A stretch of 56,882 nucleotides of DNA, counting the filler, from Circinaria calcarea (lineage: Eukaryota): NCBI GenBank assembly GCA_051942165.1. It is 4 parts of 4 records of this genome, joined end to end, with 100 filler letters (N's around TTAATTAATTAA, not from the genome) between each part and the next. Parts side by side here need not be neighbours in the genome. Positions count along the whole stretch, not along the records: positions 1 to 14,180 come from JAVECS010000451.1; 3 more parts are not named here. One strand, 5' to 3'. Shown piece after piece: positions 1-11,400 of this stretch. The notes under the pieces are model-generated. The model made no database searches. It was not told the DNA's origin and saw only the letters and a program-made list of their open reading frames with translations. Made by a program: the position numbers and the translations under genes. The first letter of the stretch is position 1. Each line of letters opens with the position of its first letter.

Positions 1-93
1 GAATATGGCACGGCGGATTTCAAGAGCTCACCTTGATGAAGGATGACGGCGGAGGTTGCTTGCAACTGCATGCAATGTCCTTGACATGTAGCA

Positions 94-3000
94 ATGTTCA
101 ACCTCACTTCCCTTGTCCAAAAGGCTCATTCGCTCATTGATCCAACCCTTTTGCCAATCTCGACTTCAGCTGATAGAAACCCGTCCAAAGCAACCTTGTT
201 CCGGCATCAATTCCGTCTGCCAGATTCCCAGTCGCCCCTCTGCGAAATCACTGCCGAGTGGACGCTACCGCTACCGCTACCGCATTCGTCACAGTCTGCA
301 CACGCTGAGAAGGAGAATGGTCTGCCCAGAGGGAATGTATATGCAGGAAAGCTGCACCTGAGCGAGGAATACCTATGCTTTTCAACACAATCTACAAGCT
401 TCCTACAAAGTGCGAGCTTACAGGCATCTAGTGCTTTTACAGGTCAGACACGCGGGGCAGGCCCTGCTGGGAATGGCTTCATACTACCGCTTTGTGCTAT
501 CAGGAAGGTGGAAAGACTCCATACAGAGAATGTCCTGTTCGCGTTGGCCATAATTACCTGGAATAACTTTCTTCTAACGCAAAACGAGCAATATCACCAC
601 ATCCAACGATTCACCCTTCAACTTGCAGGGGGTCCACAAGCGTGTGACCGGTTTTGTGACAGCTTGAAAAAGGGGTTACGGAGTGGTGTCAAGCAACTGG
701 AGAATCTCAAAGTTATAGTCGGTGAATGCTATTCGGAATACCTTTTGTCTAATAACAATACAAAGCCGAGGGATGGCGCCAAAAGGCTAGACTCAGCTAG
801 AGAGCCGCCAGATGCGGGCCTTGGTATGCTGTTTAGGTATCCCGGAGATCCTAGGAAGCTTCGTGATCGGAGTAAGATGAGACTATGGGGGGAGTACCTT
901 AGAGGTTCGTGGCTCGCTCTTGTCCTATTCACTGGGCTGAAGGCTTGATAGAGAATGGACGAAATTTTACCCTTTTGCGACAGCCCACATTTCACAAGCT
1001 GATACGGGTTGGACTTCCCAATCGCTTAAGAGGTGAAATATGGGACTTGACGTCTGGAGCAATATACCTTCGTTTGCAAGATCCCAATCTGTACACAAGG
1101 ACCCTTTCAAAGTTCACCGGGCGAGAGTCGCTTGCCATTGATGAGATTGAAAAGGACCTGAATCGGAGCTTACCAGAATATCCGGGATTTCAAAGTGAAG
1201 AGGGTATCGGACGTCTGCGGCGTGTGCTCACAGCTTATAGCTGGATTAATGAAGAGGTTGGATACTGTCAAGCTATGAATATCGTTGTGGCTGCTATACT
1301 CATGTAAGCTACTGTAGCCAATTCGACGCTCATATCTAACACATTATATAGATATACCTCAGAATCCCAAGCCTTTTCTCTCTTGTCGGTTTTATGTGAT
1401 AGGCTCCTGCCTGGCTATTACTCGACAACAATGTATGGCACCCTCTTAGATCAAAGGGTATTCGAATCTTTGGTTGAAAAGACAATGCCAATCTTATGGG
1501 ATCACCTGGTCAAGTCAGATGTCCAATTATCTGTGGTTTCGTTACCTTGGTTTCTTTCCCTGTATATCAATTCAATGCCTCTCGTATTTGCGTTCCGGGT
1601 CCTCGATGTATTCTTCCTGGAAGGTCCTAAAGTACTATTTCAGATTGGTTTGGCAATACTGAGAATCAACGGAGAAGAGTTATTGGACATTGCTGATGAC
1701 GGAGCGTTCATCTCTTTACTCAAGACGTATTTTTCACGTTTGGACGAGTCTGCACATCCAACGTCCGAGAGTGAGAAGCTTCGGGCGGTGACCAAGTTTC
1801 AGGAACTCATGGTTGTGGCATTCAAGGAGTTCGCGCAAATTACACAAGGGACAATCTCTGAGCAGCGAGCAAAGCACAAAGACGCCATACTGGACAACAT
1901 CGAAAGCTTTGCTAAGCGCACGTCAATTCGGAATCTCGGACCAGATAGCAAGCGTCTAAGCTTGGACGATCTAGGCTTTCTCTACGATCGATTCTATGCT
2001 ATTCTATATGAACAAGAGCGTCAAACACAAATGCTTCGTGATGACTCCGATAGGCGTGCTAAAGCAAGCCGGAATCGAGCAGCAGAAATTGTCACGGGAA
2101 TTGCGGACAGTAGCTCTGTTCAGATTGGCCGAGTAGGCATAGGTCCAAGCCCTGAACTGATGAATTACGATGGCTTTAGAGAGTTTTTGGCCGGAGTGAC
2201 GAAATGGGCAGCCGCCGATAGTCCAAGGACTCCGATCCGAGGTATGTCGGTTGATAGAGACTCTAGATCCTCCATGGGTAGTACACCGAGGAACCGCGAT
2301 TTCCCTTTGTCGCCTTCAGGATATGGTACATGCGAGCCTGCAGATCATGATTTTATGCAACGACTCTACGGACGATGGAACAAGGATGACAATGACGGCT
2401 TGAGCCTTCAGAACGTTGTGTCCGGTTTGGCCAACATCAAGGGAACCAGAGATCTGATGAGCAGTATAAGTTACTTCTTCAACCTTTATGACGACGATCA
2501 GGATGGCAAGGTGGATCGTGAGGGTATACTGCGAATCTCCGAAGCCCTGTTATTTCTCACACGCAGAGGGCTCGAAGGAGATATCACCGCACTCAACGGG
2601 TCCGCCAATGGACCAGAAGAATCCAGGCGAGATGTGGTATCGGACACAGGTTCCACCTATGATTCCAATCTCAGTGAGAAATTCTTGAATAGCATCAGTG
2701 CCTTTATCAGGCGTTGCTTTGAATACGCGGATCCGGACCATCCGCAGAACCAAGACCGCACTGCCGTACCCAATAATGAGACAAAAATCGCCGATGCTGG
2801 AGCTTTCGCAGTAGGAGACGATGAGGACGAAGACCTTGTCGACTTGTCTGAGGTAGACCCGGTTGTTACACTCAAATCACCGCAGTCGCACAATTCTCCA
2901 TCACCTACCTCTCCACAGAAACAAACTTTGGTAGATATCCCTCAGACGCCGCATACCCCCTTAATGAAGCAGTCCGCAAATCTTGCCCTCGACCCAGCAA

Positions 3001-3569
3001 ATCCTCTTCACATCACGTTGCCTACCTTTCGCATGGTCATCTTAGCTGACGAGCTTTTACAACAATTTTTCGAACACTCCTTTGCCGAATCCTTCCATCT
3101 CTCACCAAAGACGCTGACACAAACAGCTAGCAGTCTATCTCTTCAAACACCTACACTTACAACCTTTAGTAACCTCAGTAATCGTCAAGCGCTTGGCACA
3201 AACGGCCGAGGTCGAGTCTTACCGCCTACCAATCCCAAAGGCTTGAAAGGTGTGTTAGACAACATCGTAAGCGATGGAATGCGTGTTGCGGCCGAAGTCC
3301 GGAAACGTATGGACGAAGCGCAAAAGGAAATGGAAAGGAATGCACTAGGCCGAGATGAGGAATACGAAGATGAGGACGAGGAAAACAAGACACCTGGCGG
3401 ATACGGACTCGATGCGGACCGGAGAAGCGTCAAAGATCACGATCGGGATTTATTAGAAGGTGCAGAGGTCGGTAGCGTAAAGGAAGAGGGTATGGTGGAG
3501 AATCAACGCACTGGGACGTTGGTTGGGGAACGGGGGATTACAGAGAGGCTCGTGGAGTTTGACGATTGA
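94..3569 (+). CDS. GYP2: Rab GTPase-activating protein with GRAM, TBC and EF-hand domains (Gyp2/Mdr1 family); exons 94-904, 952-1303, 1352-3569
   Basis: Introns 905-951 (GTTCGT..GCTGAA..TAG) and 1304-1351 (GTAAGC..CTAAC..TAG) join three ORFs in frame. TBC motifs [19 protein letters not shown] (Arg finger) and GYCQAMN (Gln finger); EF-hand [16 protein letters not shown]-like [12 protein letters not shown]. Confidence 0.93.
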
Positions 3570-4852
3570 TTTGGGAATGCTATCACAAGGCGTATCGGGG
3601 ATTTTGATACGATACCACTCGGAGGGGAAGCGGACACCATGTTTGGGTGGCTGTTTTGGGCATTTGATCAGCATGCCGTTCGTCGTAAGACGAGGCCGTA
3701 GAAGTCAGTCAATCAACCAGTTGATTGCCACAGAGACTCTTGTACACCATCCTGATTCAAGTCCACAGTCGACACATGGTAGCTGTCACGGTATCGTCAA
3801 TGTGTCTCGTGTTGCCCATGTACCCAACAACATCGGGCGTACACAGCGCTCTTGAGATTCTTCAACGACATGCTTGAGCGAATGACCCTAGGATGATATA
3901 CAGTGGCCGCCATAGCCCTCTACACATATCTACCTATAGCTGTCATGATTATTCAATGGAGTAATGTCGCAATGGCCCCTTTGGTGGAGCGTCTCTACTT
4001 TTTAAATCCGCTCAATGGCATGTCCAAATGCGACATGCACTATCTCTCACCATGTTCCAAGGTACTTCTCAGACAGCTCTACTTGGAATCCATCATAAGA
4101 CTGTTCTACGGCCCGATACTTATAATACTACAATCACGCTGCTATGATTGCGCACATTTCCCGCGCTTAAAGCACGAAAAGCCATTTCAGAGGATCCCCG
4201 GAAAACCCTAAGAGTCTTGGCAACCCTACCAACTTCAACAGAGAATCAACAACACCTATTATAACAACCTCATGACTCACACGACATTCACTGCTTCTTA
4301 ATCAATAGTCTCCCCAAAACACTAGTCCCGTACCAACCACCCCCATTACCATTGACCGACGCCAATGTGAATGCGAAAAACGGTTAGCGCGCCCCAGGTA
4401 CAATAGGCCGCAAGCGGCATTGCTTGTAAATGGAGTGAATGAAGATTAGCAAGAGGCCCAATGCCAATAATACCCTACAATAACAAAGACCGGGGCCTAT
4501 AGACTAGTAGAGTGGCAGGAAGCGAAAAGTGATTTGGAACTCCAGCCAGAGACCAAAACCCATCTTCCGCTCCCAGCTGCTGGCACTTCTCCTTCCTTTT
4601 CTCCACACACACACACACATACCCAATTCTTTCACGTTCGCAACCACAAAACCTTCCAGTCAAACTTTCTTTGCATCCAAAGCACAACCTTTGAGTATAC
4701 TGTACCACACATATCGTTCAAGTAACTCTGTACCACACACATCTCGATTTCTCACTGGGCAACTGGTTGCCAGTGTCAATCACCCAACTCCACCCACCCA
4801 CACACACACATACACCTGTTGTATCGTCAGTATTTGTAAAGCGTAAAGCAGA

Positions 4853-7800
4853 ATGTCAGAATCTGCGAAGAAAGCAGGAGGAACGAAGCGTAAGGTACGT
4901 GTAACATCTCTTCTTACTTCACAACCCACCTGTTTACTGTTCAACCTTTCTCTTTTCACTCCACAACCTACTGTTCACTGTTTCAATCTTTCTCTTCCGC
5001 ACGATGCTGACATACCTCCAGGAGGATGCGAGCCAGGGATCGAGTCGCATCCCGAAACCCACTGCCATCTCGGCCGACAAACCATCCGAGCTCAGTGGTT
5101 TGGATCTCGAGTTGTTGGGCGAAGCGCCTGAGCCAAAGGTAGGTCTTCCTGCTTTCCACACACATGAGACTGGCTTCAATAATCTAACACATTCTCAAGG
5201 CGACACGTCCCATGACCGCACCGGCGTCAATCACTCCTAAGCCGTTCAGCGGTGAATTCACCTTCGGAGGTCCTGCTGGTGTTCCCATTCCCTTTGGGGG
5301 CGTTCGAACCAGCGGAGTCGTCGACTTTGCTCCGCCCACCGATCAGGAAAAGATGGCGCAGTACCTCAAGAACGAGCACGACAAGGACATTGCCAAGATC
5401 AAAGCGGAATGCGAGGCCGCCAAGAAAGCGCGCGAGGAGGAGTTCGAGGCCGAAAAGAAGGCTCTCAATGCTCAAAAGGTCGCCGCAGAGAAGAAAGCAA
5501 GTCGAGCGGTTCAAGACTACGACAACTATCGCGCGACTGCCAATGAGAAGCGCCAGAAGCTGATCGAAGACCTCACGGATACGCAGAAGAACAAGGACGA
5601 GGACAAGATGTTGCGCGAGTTTGCGAGATTGAAGAACATTGAAACGAGCATGAATGAGCGCATCGAATTATTGGAGAATAAAGTCTTCAAGGCGGAAGGC
5701 GATATTGAGAACCGAGACGCCACTATCAAAGACCTGCGCAAGGACATGGGCAAAGAGAAGGCCGAAACACGCCGAATCGAAAAGCAGTTCAACTGGGCCC
5801 ATGACCGAGTGGCCGAGCTGCTGAAAGAAGTTGACAAGCAAACGGCGCTAGTTGCACAGGCCCGTCTCCGTGAGACAGCCAAACAAGACGAATTGACCAA
5901 GAGAGACGCTTCTCTCCAAGAATGTCAGGGTTCGCTCCGACAATCCCGCGACAATCTTCGCAAAACGACAACAGCTAATACCAAGGCACAAACCAGCCTC
6001 GCTCAAGCGCTAGAAGAGCTTCAATTGTTCAAGAAGATGGTGCACGGTAACGATGGTCTACAGGCGCGAATCCGTACCGCTGAACTGCGTATTGCGCAGC
6101 TCCTAGGGGAAATTGCCGCATTCAACGAAGACTTGCCGCTCCTGGAGAAAGCGCGCGATGAAGCTCTCAAAGACAAGGAGAGAATCAGCGCTCAACGGGA
6201 CGAACTCCAGGCACAAGTAGCTGTCCTTGAGGAGGAGGAGAGCAAGCTTGCTGCATTGAAAGTTGATCATGCCAGTAAGAAGGGGGAGGACGCCCTAAAA
6301 CAATGTGAAGCCGACCGTCAGAAATTGGCAAAGGAACGAGACGAGCTGAAGGGGCAATTCAACGCCCTCGGGAACGAGCTTGCTGCCTTGAAGGCCGATC
6401 AGGCGCGTGTCAAAGCCGCGGGGGATGCCGCAACGGAGAAGAAGAAGGCGGCCGAAGCCGCGAAAGCCGCCTTTCCCCAGGCGGGAAATAAAGCCAAGAA
6501 GGATGCCGCCGCATTAAGAAGATGCGAAGCGGACCGGGAAGAACTGAAGAAGAAGCTCGCAGACCTCGGGAATGGAGATGCTGCACTAAAGGAATGCGAA
6601 GCGGAGCGTGCCGCGTGTAAGGTTGAAAAAGAGAACCTTCAGCGTGAACTCGACAGCGCCAATACAGAGCGGGAAGAACTGAGGACAAAGCTCGCAGGCC
6701 TCGGCAACGGAGATGCTGCACTAAAGAAATGCGAAGCGGAGCGTACCGCGTGTGAGGTTGAAAGAGATAATCTTCAGGCGAGATTAAAGAACCTTGAACC
6801 TGAATTTAACAAACTCAGAGACCGAAACGAGTATCTGGCAGACTACAATACACAGGCTAAAAAAGACCTCGATAACTGGAAGGATGAAAAGATGCGTTAC
6901 GAGGAAGAATACATTAAACTCCAAGTTGATGCCGATAATCGTTTGGTCCAGCGAGACGAAGCGTTAGAGTTGGCAAACAAAACAGACATGAGAAATCGGG
7001 AGCTTCGTAAGGAGAATGCTATTCTCGAAGCGAAAGACGACAACGAGCTGCAAAAGGAGCTTAGGAACCTCACGAAGCATAATAAACATCTAGAGGAAGC
7101 AAACCGGGAGCTTCGCAAGGAAATCGAACGCTGCGACAAGCGGTGCGACCTGATTGAGAACAACCCCGAGGAGTGGCGGAAACAACTCGAAACAGCAATC
7201 GATGGACTGAAGAAAAAGCGCAAAGAAAAGAAGCAGATGCACAAGGCAGCGATCAAAGAAAAAGACGAGGAGCTTCGAAAGGAGCGTGAGGCCAAGGAGC
7301 AGCTTCGGAAAGAGCTCGAGGCTAGAGACGAGGAGCTTAAAATAGAAGGTGGAGCCAAGGACCGGTATGAACAAGAGCATGAGACCATGCAGGAGCTTCA
7401 AAAGGAGCGAGAGGCCAAGGAACAGCTTCGAAAAGAACTCGAGGCTAAAGGAGAAGAGCTTCGATTAGAGCGTGAGGCCAACGAGGGACTTCAAGTGTGG
7501 TGCGATGCCGAAAAGGACGAGCTTCGCAAAGAGCTCGAGGGTAAAGACGAGGAGCTGCGAAAGGAGCGTGAGGCGAAAGAAGCGGAACTTCAACAAGAGC
7601 GTGACGACAAGGAGCAGCTTCGGAAAGAGCTCGAGGCTAGAGGCGAGAAGCTTCAAATAGAAGGTGGAGTCAAGGAGCAGAATCAACAAGAGCGTGAGAC
7701 CATGCAGAAGCTTCGAAAGGATCTCGAGGCCAAAGAAGCGGAACTTCAACAAGAGCGTAACGCCAAGGACGAACTTCGCGAAGAGCTCGACGGTAAAGAA

Positions 7801-8862
7801 ATACAGCTTGAATTGGAGCGTGAGACCACTGAACAGCTTGAAGCAGAGTCCGAGGCCAACAAGGAAGCGCTTCAGAAGGCGCAGGAGGCCAACGAGGAAG
7901 CGCTTCAAAAGGAGCAGGAGGCCAAGCACGAGCTTCGAAAAGCGCGTAACGCCAGAGAGGAACTTCGGAAAGAGCTCCAGGCCAAAGAAGAGGAGCTCCA
8001 ATTCGAGCGCGAGGCTAAGGATACGCTTCGAGAAGAGCTTAATGATGTATTGGCGGAGGAGTCATTGAGAGAGCTCGAAGCAGTGGCAGCTGGGAAGCGT
8101 CCACAAGGTCGGAAAGCGATAAAGGGCTCGGCGTATCTTGCTCCATTCCTTGAAGACGAATCAAGCGGAGACGAACAGCCGGGCAAGGTCTTCAAGAAGA
8201 AAATCGTCGAGCCAGAACTGACCTATGCTGAAGGTTACACGTCGCCCGTTCCCCCATCGTCCGGCGAGGAATACCCAGCTTCACCACCTGTACAGCAATT
8301 CGCTATCCCGAACCTGGCAAATATCACCACAACTGGCCTCCAGGTCATCTCGGACACGGAGCCATCTAGGACTGGAGCTGCATTGGCAGCGCAGGCTCCG
8401 CACCGTCTCAGTATCAATCCTGCCCAGGTTTACTCTGATGTCGCGCCCAACGAAAACGTGCGTGGCCCTACCTACACGAGTGCAACACGTCCCGAGGACC
8501 TTGTCATCTCCGATGTGCAGGTCATTTCTAATATTCCACCGTCAAGCGGAGCGCCACCGGTAACAGGACCGGCACCAGCCCCGGCACCAGCCCCAGTGGT
8601 GGTAAGGACTACGGTTTTACAGGCCTTGCCTTCTTATCTCTTGAAATTTCTCATGCTCCTGGCCGTCCTGGCCATGCTGTTTGCGACTTTGATGGGTTTA
8701 GGGGCGAGGAGGGAGAGAAACAGCTGGCTGGCAGCGAATGAGTTCACTCGACGTATGGGGTGGCACTTGCGTATGAGTGGTGGTAGGAGTGACGGCTTTG
8801 GTCTTCTGAGCTGGTTTCTCAGCGATCAGTCGCTCAACTTGAAAGCGGGTTTGTACGGTTGA
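4853..8862 (+). CDS. Uncharacterised ~1270-aa coiled-coil protein with internal repeats and a C-terminal TM helix; exons 4853-4894, 5022-5138, 5200-8862
   Basis: Introns 4895-5021 (GTACGT..GCTGAC..CAG) and 5139-5199 (GTAGGT..CTAAC..AAG) are both phase 0 and link into the 1216-aa ORF. E/K/R/L/A heptad-rich body; hydrophobic LLKFLMLLAVLAMLFATLMGLG at ~8638-8703. Confidence 0.85.
6535..6777 (+). repeat. Intragenic direct repeat: two ~108-bp copies (6535-6642, 6670-6777), period 135 bp = 45 aa
   Basis: REELKKKLADLGNGDAALKECEAERAACKVEKENLQ vs REELRTKLAGLGNGDAALKKCEAERTACEVERDNLQ; near-identical DNA. Confidence 0.9.
7261..8040 (+). repeat. Intragenic degenerate tandem repeat array (~21-aa unit), including a ~110-bp block duplicated at 7293 and 7608
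   Basis: Recurrent EREAKEQLRKELEA/KDEEL units. Block caaggagcagcttcggaaagagctcgaggctagag...gagaccatgcag recurs 315 bp apart. Confidence 0.88.
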
Positions 8863-9052
8863 GTCGGCCAAACTGAGGTTTCAACAATCGCCCATCTCCG
8901 GATGGCCGAGTCAATGACACTGATGTTGCAACGATCGCGCTTACTTGCGTAGAGTGTGGTGCTCAGTCAACGAACCGATGTTCCATGGCTGTCGCTTTGC
9001 TCTGCAGAATGGCGATTTCTTACGATATGGTACTGAAAATTTTCTTCACATC

Positions 9053-9142
9053 TTGCTCAGACATCTACACTTGCTTAGATAGTTCAACTTGCTCAGACAG
9101 CTCAACTTGCTCAGATAGCTCAGATTGCTCAAATAGCTCAAA
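9053..9142. repeat. Minisatellite, 5 x 18 bp (consensus TTGCTCAGAYAGCTCAAC) with 9-bp sub-period
   Basis: Units ttgctcagacatctacac / ttgcttagatagttcaac / ttgctcagacagctcaac / ttgctcagatagctcaga / ttgctcaaatagctcaaa, in the gap between convergent genes. Confidence 0.9.
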
Positions 9143-9163
9143 TTTAAATGAAATCTCACTCAT

Positions 9164-10330
9164 CTACAACTTCGCCCCTGCTTCACTCACAGCCTGAATT
9201 CTAAAATTCGTCCTCGGGCAATGAATCCTAACCTCTTTCCCTCCTATCTTTGTCGGACTCGCCACAACTACCTCCTTAGACGTCAAAGCTACTAACCGAC
9301 CTCGATCGTGATGCCTGAAGCCTGAATCAAGGGGCCATACTTCAATTTCCTGACCTTCCTTTAGCCCCAGCGGTTCATTTTCGTCGACTGATTGTTGAGT
9401 ATCCACATAATCGGCTTGTGTAATATGCCTGACGGCTTCGGCGCCTTTGAGGGTGGTAGGCTTCGGAGACGAGGATTTTGCTGTAGATACCGCTTTATCA
9501 AAGCGATCGATCCATGCAAAGACCTTGGGATACTGCTCCTCCGATATGATTTCCGGGGGAAGGGCTCCTTTCATCCCTTGCAGCCAATGGAAAGGCCACA
9601 CAGCTGACTCACTTTGCATTAGCAACCACAATGCAGCGAGATCAAGGGTGTTTACCTTCAATATCTGCCATCGACGGTCCCTGCGTCTTCAGTATCCATT
9701 CCCTACCGTCGGACAAGAATCCCGTCTCCAGAAAATCGAAAGCCTCACGCATGGCCGCTAGCGCTTCGGGCCTCATCTTTGAGAGATCCGATTTCGCCCA
9801 GCTCCTACCCGTGTATTCTTCCCGATCCTTTGTGAACTTTGGGTCGTTGAGAAGTGGCAGCTCCGGGGGGATCAACTGTGCCGCTCGCGCGAAGACTCCT
9901 CCATCGATGCACCATATCTCGAGGAGCTTCTCGATGGCTCTTTGGTCCGGCTGTGATGCTCCCAGTGCGCCGTCGGGGAACCGCTCCTCGAGTTTTTGCA
10001 GAATGAGCCTGGTGTCGCAATAAATGTCCCGGCCGATGGACATGACGGGTATCCTGCGGTATTTGACGCCCAATGCATTGAGGTCTTCCCGGGGTAGTGT
10101 GGGCGGTTGAAGCTGCGACCTGTCAGACTCGGAGAAAGAGCCTCAGGTCTCGTTGCGACGTACACATTGTGCGTATTCGATCCCCCTCAAAGTTAGATAC
10201 CAGGTAACCTACGAATTGTCAACGGATGATGGTCATGTACAGATTGGAGCCGTTGACGAACCCTCCTGGCATAGGGTGAGAACGAGTAATGGAACAAAAC
10301 TATGTCGTTGTGAGGAGCCATTGCAGACAT
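9164..10330 (-). CDS. Fungal glutathione S-transferase-like protein; introns 10209-10261, 10113-10163, 9604-9655
   Basis: Spliced product MSAMAPHNDIVLFHYSFSPYARR|VTWYLTLRGIEYAQC|LQPPTLPREDLNALGVKYRRIPVMSIGRDIYCDTRLIL... has the GST N-terminal thioredoxin fold with cis-Pro and CDT motif; PSMADIE N-cap in the C-domain. Confidence 0.9.
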
Positions 10331-10674
10331 TCTTGGATCTTGGTACTGACAATGTCTTCTAACCAAACCAGTGTATTTTGGAGATAAACTGATAGTTAAT
10401 ATGTTTCTCTCGTATTTAGTACGGTATCTTTCACGTCACAAAATCACCTCAGCCATAAGTTCAACCGAGGTTCTCACGGAGAAACGGACTAAGACTATTT
10501 TATTTTAGCCCTCTTTGGAACCCCTTTCCAAACCCTAAGTCACGCCTCGTCTCGTATATTTACGTGTATGCAACACCATACTGTCCAAATCACTTCTTCT
10601 GCTTCTCATCTCGACCGCGTTTGCCGTAGTATTCGTTCCTAGCTTAAGTCAGCGGTAAAACCGTGCATACGAGA

Positions 10675-10908
10675 CTACCCTTTGTACATCTTCTTTCCCC
10701 GATCAGCCTCTGTTGCTGTGCCTTCCAATCGATCTAATGCTTCCTCGATTAAGCCGATATGCCCACGGAGGGTCCCTTCTAATTCATCCATGCGGGCTTC
10801 GTGTTCTTCGAGGTTGTAGATGTGGTGTGCACGGAGTAGATAGGTAGAACCTACTATGGCCGAGAGGTTTGCGCCGAGCAGGAATAGGGGATTTCGGAGG
10901 AAGGACAT
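10675..10908 (-). CDS. 77-aa hypothetical microprotein (N-terminal hydrophobic segment plus short coiled coil)
   Basis: ATG in AAAAATG context, TATATAAA ~55-60 nt upstream on the minus strand, protein-like sequence (LEEHEARMDELEGTLRGHIGLIEEALDRLEG). No family recognised. Confidence 0.6.
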   Translation of the reverse strand: MSFLRNPLFLLGANLSAIVGSTYLLRAHHIYNLEEHEARMDELEGTLRGHIGLIEEALDRLEGTATEADRGKKMYKG

Positions 10909-11400
10909 TTTTATAAATTAGGAGGCGTGTATAACAAACTACATAGAGGTACAAATGAGACGTTTATATATAGTGTCTGAAGATAGGAGAAGCCACCCAG
11001 TCCACTCCCTAAACAGTCAATGTCATCATTGATTCAACGCCAAGTGACGCGAGCGCGTTCGGGGAGTTTGTCCTCGATCCAGGCGGTGTGTGAGCACAAC
11101 AGTATGGTACTGGAGAACCCCTCATGCAGAATCATACCTCGTTGAACAAAACAGGGCCTTGAAGGTGTACAAGTCCGGCTTAAAGGCTCATTCCAGAGGC
11201 AATGAGAACGGAGCACCCCTCATACACTGGCTGTCTTTCATGACTTTAGCATACCGGCCTTGGATGCAGATACTCTACCATCCACAGAGCTGAACAAATA
11301 TACCGCCAGGCTTGAGAGTCCTCGACGTGATAGGAGTGGATTACTTACGTGTCATGATGACCGTAAAGTATATGAGCCCCTACAGCATCCTACGAATACC

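Noticed and set aside
5227..8195. Many antisense and alternate-frame ORFs over the coiled-coil gene (also 56150-56839 opposite GT90 and those within ISW2)
   Set aside because: Shadows of biased codon usage in a real gene on the other strand or frame; Leu/Ser/Phe-rich translations with no motifs.
9053..9142. CRISPR-like array
   Set aside because: Contiguous 18-bp units without unique spacers, eukaryotic context, no cas genes.
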